Positions 10,539-23,510 of a stretch of DNA of 64,000 nt are shown piece by piece. The position numbers were made by a program, and so were the translations under genes. Numbering within the stretch: the first letter of the stretch is position 1; the number at the start of each line of letters is the position of its first letter. The stretch lies in assembly GCA_949358305.1 (NCBI GenBank), contig OX442314.1:29016001-29080000 (forward strand), in the 5' to 3' direction. The DNA is from Strigamia acuminata (lineage: Eukaryota). A model generated the notes under the pieces. That model saw only the letters and a program-made list of their open reading frames with translations, was not told the origin of the DNA and did no database searches.

Positions 10539-13500
10539 TTGGGAAAAGGACTCGAATGCGCCTCCACGTTGCAATGCGCATTTGTGTAAACGATGATGGA
10601 ATCCCCTGCTTAAATACTGGCTATCGCGTCACGTAACAGCAACGTGCCACGTCACGTAATTGCAACGTGCCGCGCTATGCCACACAATGTGCCGCCGCGA
10701 TAGGCCATTGAACCCGAATGTGTGTGATGCGAAACGCGCGAGTACGCGCGCGGAGAACGCGCGGCAATGCTAGCAACAGGAGCGCAACTGCCCAAGAAAT
10801 TGCTCAACAATAAAAGGCACGTGGAAGCACGTGCCTGAAACAATAGGCACTTCAAATAAAGTTATTGTTAAAAAACGGGCTTGAAAACCAACAATTACAC
10901 AATAATTAAGGGGCAAGAAATGAACTTTGCTGCAATGCAAAGTTCTCAAAATACAGAGAAATGAAAGTTACACTTGTATAAAGAATTGACAATGTTTGAA
11001 ACCAATAAAAACTACAAAAACACACTTGTAAAAAACCCAAAACAACACCCAGAATGAATTATTTGACTCAAATTAACCCTAAAACAGTCTTGGAGGTCGT
11101 GCAGACGACAGAGTCGGATCGGAAGGTTGCTAAAACCTGACGCCAAAACTAGCAATGGGACAGCTAGTTAGAAAACAGCTTTTTCATCAATTATGAACGC
11201 TGAAAACCTCACCCAGGGGTAGAAAATGATGGAGAGAACGTTTTCGCCATCTAAAACGGTCTAAAACGGGTCTAAAATGCCTAAACCGGCGCCTGGAACG
11301 TGGCGCAGTTGTTGGGTCAAATATTGTCAAAAATCAGTGGAAATTTGTCAAATACTGGCAAAAATCTGCTGAAATTTGTCAAAAATTGCCAAATTTTGGC
11401 GCAAGTTACGTGAGGTTTGCGCGCATCCAACTATGACAAAAAATCCATGCGTGTGCACGCGCGATTTACTGGCGCGTTGGAAGCGTTAAAATAAATTTTT
11501 CCAATATCTAACACAATTTGCACCGAATTATGGCAATTTTTGACAAATTTACATGGATTTTTGCCAGTATTTGACAAATTTCCACGGATTTTTGACAATA
11601 TTTGACAAATTCCAGACAAATTTCAGACAAATTTCAATTAATTTTAGAAATTTTATGAGAAATTTCAGCAAATGTTTGAGGATTGAGGAAATCTTCTGAA
11701 ATTTGTCAAATATAGGCAAAAATCTTCTGAAATTTGTCAAATACAGGCAAAAATCTGCTGAAATTTGTCAAAAATTGCCCAAATTCCGTGCAAGTTTTGC
11801 AAGTTTTGCGCGCATCAAATCGTATGCGCGCCTATACTATTGCACGAGCGCATTGACGCGTGATGAACACCGACCACGTTTACGAAGTGAATTCGAGCTA
11901 CAAAAGTATCGAGTCGCCATTCTATGATGGAAAAAAAAAATTAAGTGTAAACAAACAAAATAAAAACTTTAATATACAAGAAACGTACAATTCCACTCAA
12001 CTTTGTTTCAAATTTTATTTATTGGATCATTGAAAATAAACAGTAGTGTTGTGCACTGTACGCTTAAGTGTATACCGGCGATGCGTTGTTTTGTGGTGGG
12101 GATTTGCCTCGATAATTGATCTTTTCTCTTTGTTTGCAATATTTTTTTGGCCTTTTTTGTTGATTTTTCGGTTTGAAATTGTTTTTTTCCGGTGTAATTT
12201 AAGTGGTGGAAGGTTGTTGGCGTGTGTTGAGGGTAATTTTGGCGGTTTTTGGGTCGGGATTAGTGTTTTCTGCGATTTTTGATCGGTATTTGGGGTTTGA
12301 TGCAGCGGATAGCGCATGCGAATCGCCGTCGACCGTAGCATTAGCAATTGCAACCTGCCGCGCTATGCCACACAATGTGCCGCCGCGATAGGCCATCGAA
12401 TCCGAATGTGTGTGATGCGAAACGCGAGTACGCGCGCGGAGAACGCGCGGCAATGCTAGCAACAGGAGCGCAACTGCCCAAGAAATTGCTCAACAATAAA
12501 AGGCACGTGGAAGCACGTGCCTGAAACAATAGGCACTTCAAATAAAGTTATTGTTAAAAAACGGGCTTGAAAACCAACAATTACACAATAATTAAGGGGC
12601 AAGAAATGAACTTTGCTGCAATGCAAAGTTCTCAAAATACAGAGAAATGAAAGTTACACTTGTATAAAGAATTGACAATGTTTGAAACCAATAAAAACTA
12701 CAAAAACACACTTGTAAAAAACCCAAAACAACCCCCAGAATGAATTATTTGACTCAAATTAACCCTAAAACGGTCTTGGAGGTCGTGCAGACGACAGAGT
12801 CGGATCGGAAGGTTGCTAAAACCTGACGCCAAAACTAGCAATGGGACAGCTAGTTAGAAAACAGCTTTTTCATCAATCATGAACGCTGAAAACCTCACCC
12901 AGGGGTAGAAAATGATGGAGAGAACGTTTTCGCCATCTAAAACGGTCTAAAACGGGTCTAAAATGCCTAAACCGGCACCTGGAACGTGGCGCAGTTGTTG
13001 GGTCAAATATTGTCAAAAATCAGTGAAAATTTGTCAAATACTGGCAAAAATCTGCTGAAATTTGTCAAAAATTGCCAAATTTTGGCGCAAGTTACGTGAG
13101 GTTTGCGCGCATCCAACTATGACGAAAAATCCATGCGTGTGCACGCGCGATTTACTGGCGCGTTGGAAGCGTTAAAATAAATTTTTCCAATATCTAACAC
13201 AATTTGCACCGAATTATGGCAATTTTTGACAAATTTACATGGATTTTTGCCAGTATTTGACAAATTTCCACGGATTTTTGACAATATTTGACAAATTCCA
13301 GACAAATTTCAGACAAATTTCAATTAATTTTTGAAATTTTATGAGAAATTTCAGCAAATGTTTGAGGATTGAGGAAATCTTCTGAAATTTGTCAAATATA
13401 GGCAAAAATCTTCTGAAATTTGTCAAATACAGGCAAAAATCTGCTGAAATTTGTCAAAAATTGCCCAAATTCCGTGCAAGTTTTGCAAGTTTTGCGCGCA

Positions 13501-16500
13501 TCAAATCGTATGCGCGCCTATACTATTGCACGAGCGCATTGACGCGTGATGAACACCGACCACGTTTACGAAGTGAATTCGAGCTACAAAAGTATCGAGT
13601 CGCCATTCTATAATGGAAAAAAAAAATTAAGTGTAAACAAACAAAATAAAAACTTTAATATACAAGAAACGTACAATTCCACTCAACTTTGTTTCAAATT
13701 TTATTTATTGGATCATTGAAAATAAACAGTAGTGTTGTGCACTGTACGCTTAAGTGTATACCGGCGATGCGTTGTTTTGTGGTGGGGATTTGCCTCGATA
13801 ATTGATCTTTTCTCTTTGTTTGCAATATTTTTTTGGCCTTTTTTGTTGATTTTTCGGTTTGAAATTGTTTTTTTCCGGTGTAATTTAAGTGGTGGAAGGT
13901 TGTTGGCGTGTGTTGAGGGTAATTTTGGCGGTTTTTGGGTCGGGATTAGTGTTTTCTGCGATTTTTTATCGGTATTTGGGGTTTGATGCAGCGGATAGCG
14001 CATGCGAATCGCCGTCGACCGTAGCATTAGCAATTGCAACGTGCCGCGCTATGCCACACAATGTGCCGCCGCGATATGCCATCGAATCCGAATGTGTGTG
14101 ATGCGAAACGCGAGTACGCGCGCGGAGAACGCGCGGCAATGCTAGCAACAGGAGCGCAACTGCCCAAGAAATTGCTCAACAATAAAAGGCACGTGCCTGA
14201 AACAATAGGCACTTCAAATAAAGTTATTGTTAAAAAACGGGCTTGAAAACCAACAATTACACAATAATTAAGGGGCAAGAAATGAACTTTGCTGCAATGC
14301 AAAGTTCTCAAAATACAGAGAAATGAAAGTTACACTTGTATAAAGAATTGACAATGTTTGAAACCAATAAAAACTACAAAAACACACTTGTAAAAAACCC
14401 AAAACAACCCCCAGAATGAATTATTTGACTCAAATTAACCCTAAAACGGTCTTGGAGGTCGTGCAGACGACAGAGTCGGATCGGAAGGTTGCTAAAACCT
14501 GACGCCAAAACTAGCAATGGGACAGCTAGTTAGAAAACAGCTTTTTCATCAATCATGAACGCTGAAAACCTCACCCAGGGGTAGAAAATGATGGAGAGAA
14601 CGTTTTCGCCATCTAAAACGGTCTAAAACGGGTCTAAAATGCCTAAACCGGCGCCTGGAACGTGGCGCAGTTGTTGGGTCAAATATTGTCAAAAATCAGT
14701 GGAAATTTGTCAAATACTGGCAAAAATCTGCTGAAATTTGTCAAAAATTGCCAAATTTTGGCGCAAGTTACGTGAGGTTTGCGCGCATCCAACTATGACG
14801 AAAAATCCATGCGTGTGCACGCGCGATTTACTGGCGCGTTGGAAGCGTTAAAATAAATTTTTCCAATATCTAACACAATTTGCACCGAATTATGGCAATT
14901 TTTGACAAATTTACATGGATTTTTGCCAGTATTTGACAAATTTCCACGGATTTTTGACAATATTTGACAAATTCCAGACAAATTTCAGACAAATTTCAAT
15001 TAATTTTTGAAATTTTATGAGAAATTTCAGCAAATGTTTGAGGATTGAGGAAATCTTCTGAAATTTGTCAAATATAGGCAAAAATCTTCTGAAATTTGTC
15101 AAATACAGGCAAAAATCTGCTGAAATTTGTCAAAAATTGCCCAAATTCCGTGCAAGTTTTGCAAGTTTTGCGCGCATCAAATCGTATGCGCGCCTATACT
15201 ATTGCACGAGCGCATTGACGCGTGATGAACACCGACCACGTTTACGAAGTGAATTCGAGCTACAAAAGTATCGAGTCGCCATTCTATGATGGAAAAAAAA
15301 AATTAAGTGTAAACAAACAAAATAAAAACTTTAATATACAAGAAACGTACAATTCCACTCAACTTTGTTTCAAATTTTATTTATTGGATCATTGAAAATA
15401 AACAGTAGTGTTGTGCACTGTACGCTTAAGTGTATACCGGCGATGCGTTGTTTTGTGGTGGGGATTTGCCTCGATAATTGATCTTTTCTCTTTGTTTGCA
15501 ATATTTTTTTGGCCTTTTTTGTTGATTTTTCGGTTTGAAATTGTTTTTTTCCGGTGTAATTTAAGTGGTGGAAGGTTGTTGGCGTGTGTTGAGGGTAATT
15601 TTGGCGGTTTTTGGGTCGGGATTAGTGTTTTCTGCGATTTTTTATCGGTATTTGGGGTTTGATGCAGCGGATAGCGCATGCGAATCGCCGTCGACCGTAG
15701 CATTAGCAATTGCAACGTGCCGCGCTATGCCACACAATGTGCCGCCGCGATATGCCATCGAATCCGAATGTGTGTGATGCGAAACGCGAGTACGCGCGCG
15801 GAGAACGCGCGGCAATGCTAGCAACAGGAGCGCAACTGCCCAAGAAATTGCTCAACAATAAAAGGCACGTGCCTGAAACAATAGGCACTTCAAATAAAGT
15901 TATTGTTAAAAAACGGGCTTGAAAACCAACAATTACACAATAATTAAGGGGCAAGAAATGAACTTTGCTGCAATGCAAAGTTCTCAAAATACAGAGAAAT
16001 GAAAGTTACACTTGTATAAAGAATTGACAATGTTTGAAACCAATAAAAACTACAAAAACACACTTGTAAAAAACCCAAAACAACCCCCAGAATGAATTAT
16101 TTGACTCAAATTAACCCTAAAACGGTCTTGGAGGTCGTGCAGACGACAGAGTCGGATCGGAAGGTTGCTAAAACCTGACGCCAAAACTAGCAATGGGACA
16201 GCTAGTTAGAAAACAGCTTTTTCATCAATCATGAACGCTGAAAACCTCACCCAGGGGTAGAAAATGATGGAGAGAACGTTTTCGCCATCTAAAACGGTCT
16301 AAAACGGGTCTAAAATGCCTAAACCGGCGCCTGGAACGTGGCGCAGTTGTTGGGTCAAATATTGTCAAAAATCAGTGGAAATTTGTCAAATACTGGCAAA
16401 AATCTGCTGAAATTTGTCAAAAATTGCCAAATTTTGGCGCAAGTTACGTGAGGTTTGCGCGCATCCAACTATGACGAAAAATCCATGCGTGTGCACGCGC

Positions 16501-19500
16501 GATTTACTGGCGCGTTGGAAGCGTTAAAATAAATTTTTCCAATATCTAACACAATTTGCACCGAATTATGGCAATTTTTGACAAATTTACATGGATTTTT
16601 GCCAGTATTTGACAAATTTCCACGGATTTTTGACAATATTTGACAAATTCCAGACAAATTTCAGACAAATTTCAATTAATTTTTGAAATTTTATGAGAAA
16701 TTTCAGCAAATGTTTGAGGATTGAGGAAATCTTCTGAAATTTGTCAAATATAGGCAAAAATCTTCTGAAATTTGTCAAATACAGGCAAAAATCTGCTGAA
16801 ATTTGTCAAAAATTGCCCAAATTCCGTGCAAGTTTTGCAAGTTTTGCGCGCATCAAATCGTATGCGCGCCTATACTATTGCACGAGCGCATTGACGCGTG
16901 ATGAACACCGACCACGTTTACGAAGTGAATTCGAGCTACAAAAGTATCGAGTCGCCATTCTATGATGGAAAAAAAAAATTAAGTGTAAACAAACAAAATA
17001 AAAACTTTAATATACAAGAAACGTACAATTCCACTCAACTTTGTTTCAAATTTTATTTATTGGATCATTGAAAATAAACAGTAGTGTTGTGCACTGTACG
17101 CTTAAGTGTATACCGGCGATGCGTTGTTTTGTGGTGGGGATTTGCCTCGATAATTGATCTTTTCTCTTTGTTTGCAATATTTTTTTGGCCTTTTTTGTTG
17201 ATTTTTCGGTTTGAAATTGTTTTTTTCCGGTGTAATTTAAGTGGTGGAAGGTTGTTGGCGTGTGTTGAGGGTAATTTTGGCGGTTTTTGGGTCGGGATTA
17301 GTGTTTTCTGCGATTTTTTATCGGTATTTGGGGTTTGATGCAGCGGATAGCGCATGCGAATCGCCGTCGACCGTAGCATTAGCAATTGCAACGTGCCGCG
17401 CTATGCCACACAATGTGCCGCCGCGATATGCCATCGAATCCGAATGTGTGTGATGCGAAACGCGAGTACGCGCGCGGAGAACGCGCGGCAATGCTAGCAA
17501 CAGGAGCGCAACTGCCCAAGAAATTGCTCAACAATAAAAGGCACGTGGAAGCACGTGCCTGAAACAATAGGCACTTCAAATAAAGTTATTGTTAAAAAAC
17601 GGGCTTGAAAACCAACAATTACACAATAATTAAGGGGCAAGAAATGAACTTTGCTGCAATGCAAAGTTCTCAAAATACAGAGAAATGAAAGTTACACTTG
17701 TATAAAGAATTGACAATGTTTGAAACCAATAAAAACTACAAAAACACACTTGTAAAAAACCCAAAACAACCCCCAGAATGAATTATTTGACTCAAATTAA
17801 CCCTAAAACGGTCTTGGAGGTCGTGCAGACGACAGAGTCGGATCGGAAGGTTGCTAAAGCCTGACGCCAAAACTAGCAATGGGACAGCTAGTTAGAAAAC
17901 AGCTTTTTCATCAATCATGAACGCTGAAAACCTCACCCAGGGGTAGAAAATGATGGAGAGAACGTTTTCGCCATCTAAAACGGTCTAAAACGGGTCTAAA
18001 ATGCCTAAACCGGCACCTGGAACGTGGCGCAGTTGTTGGGTCAAATATTGTCAAAAATCAGTGGAAATTTGTCAAATACTGGCAAAAATCTGCTGAAATT
18101 TGTCAAAAATTGCCAAATTTTGGCGCAAGTTACGTGAGGTTTGCGCGCATCCAACTATGACGAAAAATCCATGCGTGTGCACGCGCGATTTACTGGCGCG
18201 TTGGAAGCGTTAAAATAAATTTTTCCAATATCTAACACAATTTGCACCGAATTATGGCAATTTTTGACAAATTTACATGGATTTTTGCCAGTATTTTACA
18301 AATTTCCACGGATTTTTGACAATATTTGACAAATTCCAGACAAATTTCAGACAAATTTCAATTAATTTTTGAAATTTTATGAGAAATTTCAGCAAATGTT
18401 TGAGGATTGAGGAAATCTTCTGAAATTTGTCAAATATAGGCAAAAATCTTCTGAAATTTGTCAAATACAGGCAAAAATCTGCTGAAATTTGTCAAAAATT
18501 GCCCAAATTCCGTGCAAGTTTTGCAAGTTTTGCGCGCATCAAATCGTATGCGCGCCTATACTATTGCACGAGCGCATTGACGCGTGATGAACACCGACCA
18601 CGTTTACGAAGTGAATTCGAGCTACAAAAGTATCGAGTCGCCATTCTATGATGGAAAAAAAAAATTAAGTGTAAACAAACAAAATAAAAACTTTAATATA
18701 CAAGAAACGTACAATTCCACTCAACTTTGTTTCAAATTTTATTTATTGGATCATTGAAAATAAACAGTAGTGTTGTGCACTGTACGCTTAAGTGTATACC
18801 GGCGATGCGTTGTTTTGTGGTGGGGATTTGCCTCGATAATTGATCTTTTCTCTTTGTTTGCAATATTTTTTTGGCCTTTTTTGTTGATTTTTCGGTTTGA
18901 AATTGTTTTTTTCCGGTGTAATTTAAGTGGTGGAAGGTTGTTGGCGTGTGTTGAGGGTAATTTTGGCGGTTTTTGGGTCGGGATTAGTGTTTTCTGCGAT
19001 TTTTTATCGGTATTTGGGGTTTGATGCAGCGGATAGCGCATGCGAATCGCCGTCGACCGTAGCATTAGCAATTGCAACGTGCCGCGCTATGCCACACAAT
19101 GTGCCGCTGCGATATGCCATCGAATCCGAATGTGTGTGATGCGAAACGCGAGTACGCGCGCGGAGAACGCGCGGCAATGCTAGCAACAGGAGCGCAACTG
19201 CCCAAGAAATTGCTCAACAATAAAAGGCACGTGCCTGAAACAATAGGCACTTCAAATAAAGTTATTGTTAAAAAACGGGCTTGAAAACCAACAATTACAC
19301 AATAATTAAGGGGCAAGAAATGAACTTTGCTGCAATGCAAAGTTCTCAAAATACAGAGAAATGAAAGTTACACTTGTATAAAGAATTGACAATGTTTGAA
19401 ACCAATAAAAACTACAAAAACACACTTGTAAAAAACCCAAAACAACCCCCAGAATGAATTATTTGACTCAAATTAACCCTAAAACGGTCTTGGAGGTCGT

Positions 19501-20305
19501 GCAGACGACAGAGTCGGATCGGAAGGTTGCTAAAACCTGACGCCAAAACTAGCAATGGGACAGCTAGTTAGAAAACAGCTTTTTCATCAATCATGAACGC
19601 TGAAAACCTCACCCAGGGGTAGAAAATGATGGAGAGAACGTTTTCGCCATCTAAAACGGTCTAAAACGGGTCTAAAATGCCTAAACCGGCGCCTGGAACG
19701 TGGCGCAGTTGTTGGGTCAAATATTGTCAAAAATCAGTGGAAATTTGTCAAATACTGGCAAAAATCTGCTGAAATTTGTCAAAAATTGCCAAATTTTGGC
19801 GCAAGTTACGTGAGGTTTGCGCGCATCCAACTATGACGAAAAATCCATGCGTGTGCACGCGCGATTTACTGGCGCGTTGGAAGCGTTAAAATAAATTTTT
19901 CCAATATCTAACACAATTTGCACCGAATTATGGCAATTTTTGACAAATTTACATGGATTTTTGCCAGTATTTGACAAATTTCCACGGATTTTTGACAATA
20001 TTTGACAAATTCCAGACAAATTTCAGACAAATTTCAATTAATTTTTGAAATTTTATGAGAAATTTCAGCAAATGTTTGAGGATTGAGGAAATCTTCTGAA
20101 ATTTGTCAAATATAGGCAAAAATCTTCTGAAATTTGTCAAATACAGGCAAAAATCTGCTGAAATTTGTCAAAAATTGCCCAAATTCCGTGCAAGTTTTGC
20201 AAGTTTTGCGCGCATCAAATCGTATGCGCGCCTATACTATTGCACGAGCGCATTGACGCGTGATGAACACCGACCACGTTTACGAAGTGAATTCGAGCTA
20301 CAAAA

Positions 20306-21308
20306 TGTCACGGCCCGGCATTTACGCGCTTTGTAATCCTCACCTAATTGTTGTGTTGTGCGCGTTATTCCGTGTGTTTTCCACCATTGTTAAAACTCTC
20401 AATAAATCCCTAAACCTATTTGTGTTTGAATTTGAGTTTTGATTTGTCCTCATTTCTTATTCATGTTTATCCCTTGATTTGGTCTGGTGTGGCTCAATTC
20501 TGCCACATCAGACTAGTCTAAGTTGTGTATTTCCCACTGTTACCCCTCCTGATTTCGTTTAGTTTATCCTACCTAATTTAAATGTTTAGTCACTCGCGAC
20601 TGACTCATCGCGATGATTATTCACGAGCGCGCCTGATTGGCTTACGCGTGCTTGACTCATGGTTTTCCCCTCGTTTTCTGTGATGGACTTGGCCCAAGTT
20701 CACTTCTGAGCTGTTTCAGCCAAGTCTGATCAGAAGGCGTAAGACCATGAGCTATCGTAAGTGCCTTAACTGGCCGTTGTGCATTTGGCAGTCTCTCCTG
20801 TGTTAACTCACAGTATAACTCCATGCCACGTAATTGTGCATGTTTGAGTATATTCATGGTCATATCGCGTGTCTAAATTCCGCGTGTCATCTTTGTTTCC
20901 TTTCCTTTCGATGTTCTTTTGTGTTTACACGACGTTTTATGCCGCTGACGTGCCTCTGGACTAGAAATTAGATTCAAGTAGCTAATGAGTTGTTTATTTC
21001 GTCTTTTGCGCGCGATTAGTGCGCGCTTGCTCGGTCTGGCCGCTCCGCCATTAGGAGTCCCTGCCAGATTAGCTTAAGCCACGTTTGCGTTGTTAATTCC
21101 GCACGTGAGCATTACTTCTTCCATTTTTAAGGCTCCAACAAACCCGGTAAAATTTGTGAAATGATCGAATAGGGGAATAAGCTTGCCGCCACCCTCCAGG
21201 CTGCTTATTGTTGCCCGGGCCCTTATTCGGGACCAGGCTCTCCCAGTATCGTAACTGGTGCGCCTTTCAAACGCGGTTTCCAATACCAGAAACAACCGGT
21301 TCATGACA
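20306..21308 (+). repeat. Gypsy-1 5' LTR (1003 bp, TGTCA...TGACA)
   Basis: Direct repeat of 28793-29795 (offset 8487); no differences noticed. Confidence 0.97.
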
Positions 21309-21310
21309 CG

Positions 21311-21328
21311 TGGTGCCGAAACCCGGGA
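21311..21328 (+). promoter_or_regulatory. Primer-binding site, tRNA-Phe
   Basis: TGGTGCCGAAACCCGGGA, 2 nt after the LTR; complementary to the 3' end of eukaryotic tRNA-Phe(GAA) (...UCCCGGGUUUCGGCACCA). Confidence 0.9.
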
Positions 21329-21521
21329 CCTTGTTGGAGTTTATTCAGTCTAGCGCATATAAACTAGTTGCTATTTAACAAGCATTAGTGGCGTTTTTTA
21401 GAGACTATTTTGCCGAAAGGAAGGTTTCAGAGTAACTAACTTTTCATAGTACTCGCGTATCGTTTAATTACGGTGCGCATCATTTGCAGTGAGCTGCTAT
21501 TTCCCTTATTGTCTCACTAAT

Positions 21522-23510
21522 ATGGCAAATAAGGAAGAAACTCCCGAGAAAAAAAGAGGGATGTTTGCCGACCTCATAGATCGTTGGGATCCTGTGCGTT
21601 TACGCGAGGAGAGACAGCGACGTGAGGGAGCAGAGCGAATGCGCGGTCTGAGACCGGGCGCTCTTCGTGGGATGCTGGAGGAAATACCAACAGATTCCAC
21701 TGACCAGCCTAGCTCTATGGAAAGAGATATAAACCCCACATTGGAGGGGCCGATAAGCGTGCATACAGTAACCCCGGCCAGCGTTATAGCTGGTTTGGGA
21801 GAAGAAGCGCGTTTGCAAAACATTGCTTCGGCTCCAGCAAGAAATGAATCAGAAGCGCCACCAGAGGTGCCTGGTTTGGGGGCTTATCTCCATGATATGG
21901 AGGTGGCAATTTCCGCAAGACTGGATCGGGCCATAAATGCACAATTGCATGGTTGGGCCGAGGATACGGTCGAACGTGTAAGGAAAGTGGTGGAGGACTG
22001 TGCTGCTCGACAACCGCCGTTGGCGGCTGGAATTCCATTAATTCCGCCGCCACAGGAACCTCATATCCTCCTGGGCGTGTCGGGGCGGACGGTTCCCCAA
22101 ATTATACCTCGTTCCACTGGAGACGCGTCTGTAATTCTAACGCCAAGTGAGATAATATTGGGTGGGGCCCGTGCAGCACCCAGTGTGCAGGGGAGAATCC
22201 ATGTGCAGTCTCGTGAAGTGGATCCAGCCGTTATCCAAATTAACAGCGAAATAATGCGATCAATAATTCGCAGTAAGGCATCGGTAGTGGGTGCACCGCC
22301 ATCCATACCGTTGAGCCAGCTGGAAAGAGAGAGAAATTCTCAAAGTGGGCAGCGGCCAAGGCCTAATGTTCCGCTTCAGACTGGTGCTGTTCCACAAATA
22401 CCTGTATTTCAATATACAGGGCAATTACCGCAACAACAATGGCGGCAGCAGCCACAGCAGTTTGCCCGAACTTCCGGTATGAGGATGGGGAAGTTACCGG
22501 AGTTCGATGTTAGCAAGGGCGCCTATAACGCAGTAGATTTGTTTCTCACTCAACTGCGAGCCCATTTCTTTACTTCGGGAATGGCGGAGTCGGTGTATCT
22601 TGAGTACTATGTGCCTCAAGCTTTAAAAGGCGAGGCTCTGGACTGGTACATTGATTTGCTTCCGAAGCCTGAGTTTTGGGATGAGTTCGCGCATTTGTTT
22701 AAAGACGCGTTCTCTCTCACCGTCGCTGAAGCTACTGTCAATTTGGCGGAAAAGCGACAGGCGATGGGGGAGCCAACTGCGAAATTCTTGCGCGAGACTA
22801 ACCGATTCCTACAAAAAACAGGGATAGTTGGGGACAGCCAAAAATGGGATATAGCCCAACGACGACTGCAACCTGACGTTGCGGAAGTCATGCGTCAAAT
22901 GGGCGTATTAACCTTGTCACAAGCCATTGTTAGGGGACAGCAAGCAGATAGCGAGCTGCAACTACGATCTCTCCATAAAAAAGATTTTGACCTGCACGGG
23001 GTTAAGCGAGGCCAAATGCCGGTTCCCCAGCATGCAGCTCAGACTAAGCAAGAAGCCGCCGTGAAGAAACCGGTTGAGGCGACTAAGAACCCGACTCGAC
23101 ATTTTTTCACGCGCAATAAGGTTGCGGCCGTGATGGAAGTCTTGGGTGAATTAGAGGAAGGTGGCATGTTTGATGATGACAATCAAAGCGTAATGGCACA
23201 GACAGTCCGTAGTATTATGGCTGCAAAAACTGTGCCTATTGTTGGAACAGAGCCACCGGTAGAGACTGTAGAACCTCATGTCTGCAGTCAAAACAACTCC
23301 TTCGCTCAGGGCTCCGGCCCGCCTAAGGACATTAAGTTGCCACCCGGAGCGGAGTGGGCTAAAAACAGGCGCGATCGGTGGTATATGCGTGACATTAAAT
23401 TGAACGCTCCGCTATGCCCGCACTGTTATAAACCCTGGGTCGTTCCGGGAAACGAGAGAGGGCCCCCACTGAAGTCCGACGCCAAAGTGGTGGACCCAAA
23501 GAAGAAGTAG
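21522..23510 (+). CDS. gag: Gypsy-1 Gag (662 aa from first ATG)
   Basis: Long ORF after the PBS; capsid-like segment KLPEFD...LKGEALDWY...W..F...F; only a CxxC near the C-terminus. Confidence 0.88.
   Translation: MANKEETPEKKRGMFADLIDRWDPVRLREERQRREGAERMRGLRPGALRGMLEEIPTDSTDQPSSMERDINPTLEGPISVHTVTPASVIAGLGEEARLQNIASAPARNESEAPPEVPGLGAYLHDMEVAISARLDRAINAQLHGWAEDTVERVRKVVEDCAARQPPLAAGIPLIPPPQEPHILLGVSGRTVPQIIPRSTGDASVILTPSEIILGGARAAPSVQGRIHVQSREVDPAVIQINSEIMRSIIRSKASVVGAPPSIPLSQLERERNSQSGQRPRPNVPLQTGAVPQIPVFQYTGQLPQQQWRQQPQQFARTSGMRMGKLPEFDVSKGAYNAVDLFLTQLRAHFFTSGMAESVYLEYYVPQALKGEALDWYIDLLPKPEFWDEFAHLFKDAFSLTVAEATVNLAEKRQAMGEPTAKFLRETNRFLQKTGIVGDSQKWDIAQRRLQPDVAEVMRQMGVLTLSQAIVRGQQADSELQLRSLHKKDFDLHGVKRGQMPVPQHAAQTKQEAAVKKPVEATKNPTRHFFTRNKVAAVMEVLGELEEGGMFDDDNQSVMAQTVRSIMAAKTVPIVGTEPPVETVEPHVCSQNNSFAQGSGPPKDIKLPPGAEWAKNRRDRWYMRDIKLNAPLCPHCYKPWVVPGNERGPPLKSDAKVVDPKKK
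23447..23497 (+). promoter_or_regulatory. Probable -1 ribosomal frameshift signal: G_GGA_AAC plus downstream stem
   Basis: Heptamer 23447-23453 is in gag phase; the pol frame (-1) is open from 23432; GGGCCCCCACT...AGTGGTGGACCC can pair 6 nt downstream. Confidence 0.75.

Larger units (their letters stand above)
4591..13492. repeat. 8.9-kb palindrome (inverted duplication), axis ~9041.5
   Basis: Mirror ORF coordinates sum to 18083 (5542/12541, 5730/12353, 7502/10581); AAACTTGCAAAACTTGCAC at 4591 mirrors 13474-13492. Confidence 0.95.

Noticed and set aside
7502..10581. 200-325-aa ORFs in all three frames
   Set aside because: A by-product of a stop-free 56-bp repeat (56-aa period cycling through frames); no coding evidence.
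21311..21328. tRNA gene
   Set aside because: Only the 18-nt complement of a tRNA 3' end including CCA; it is a PBS.
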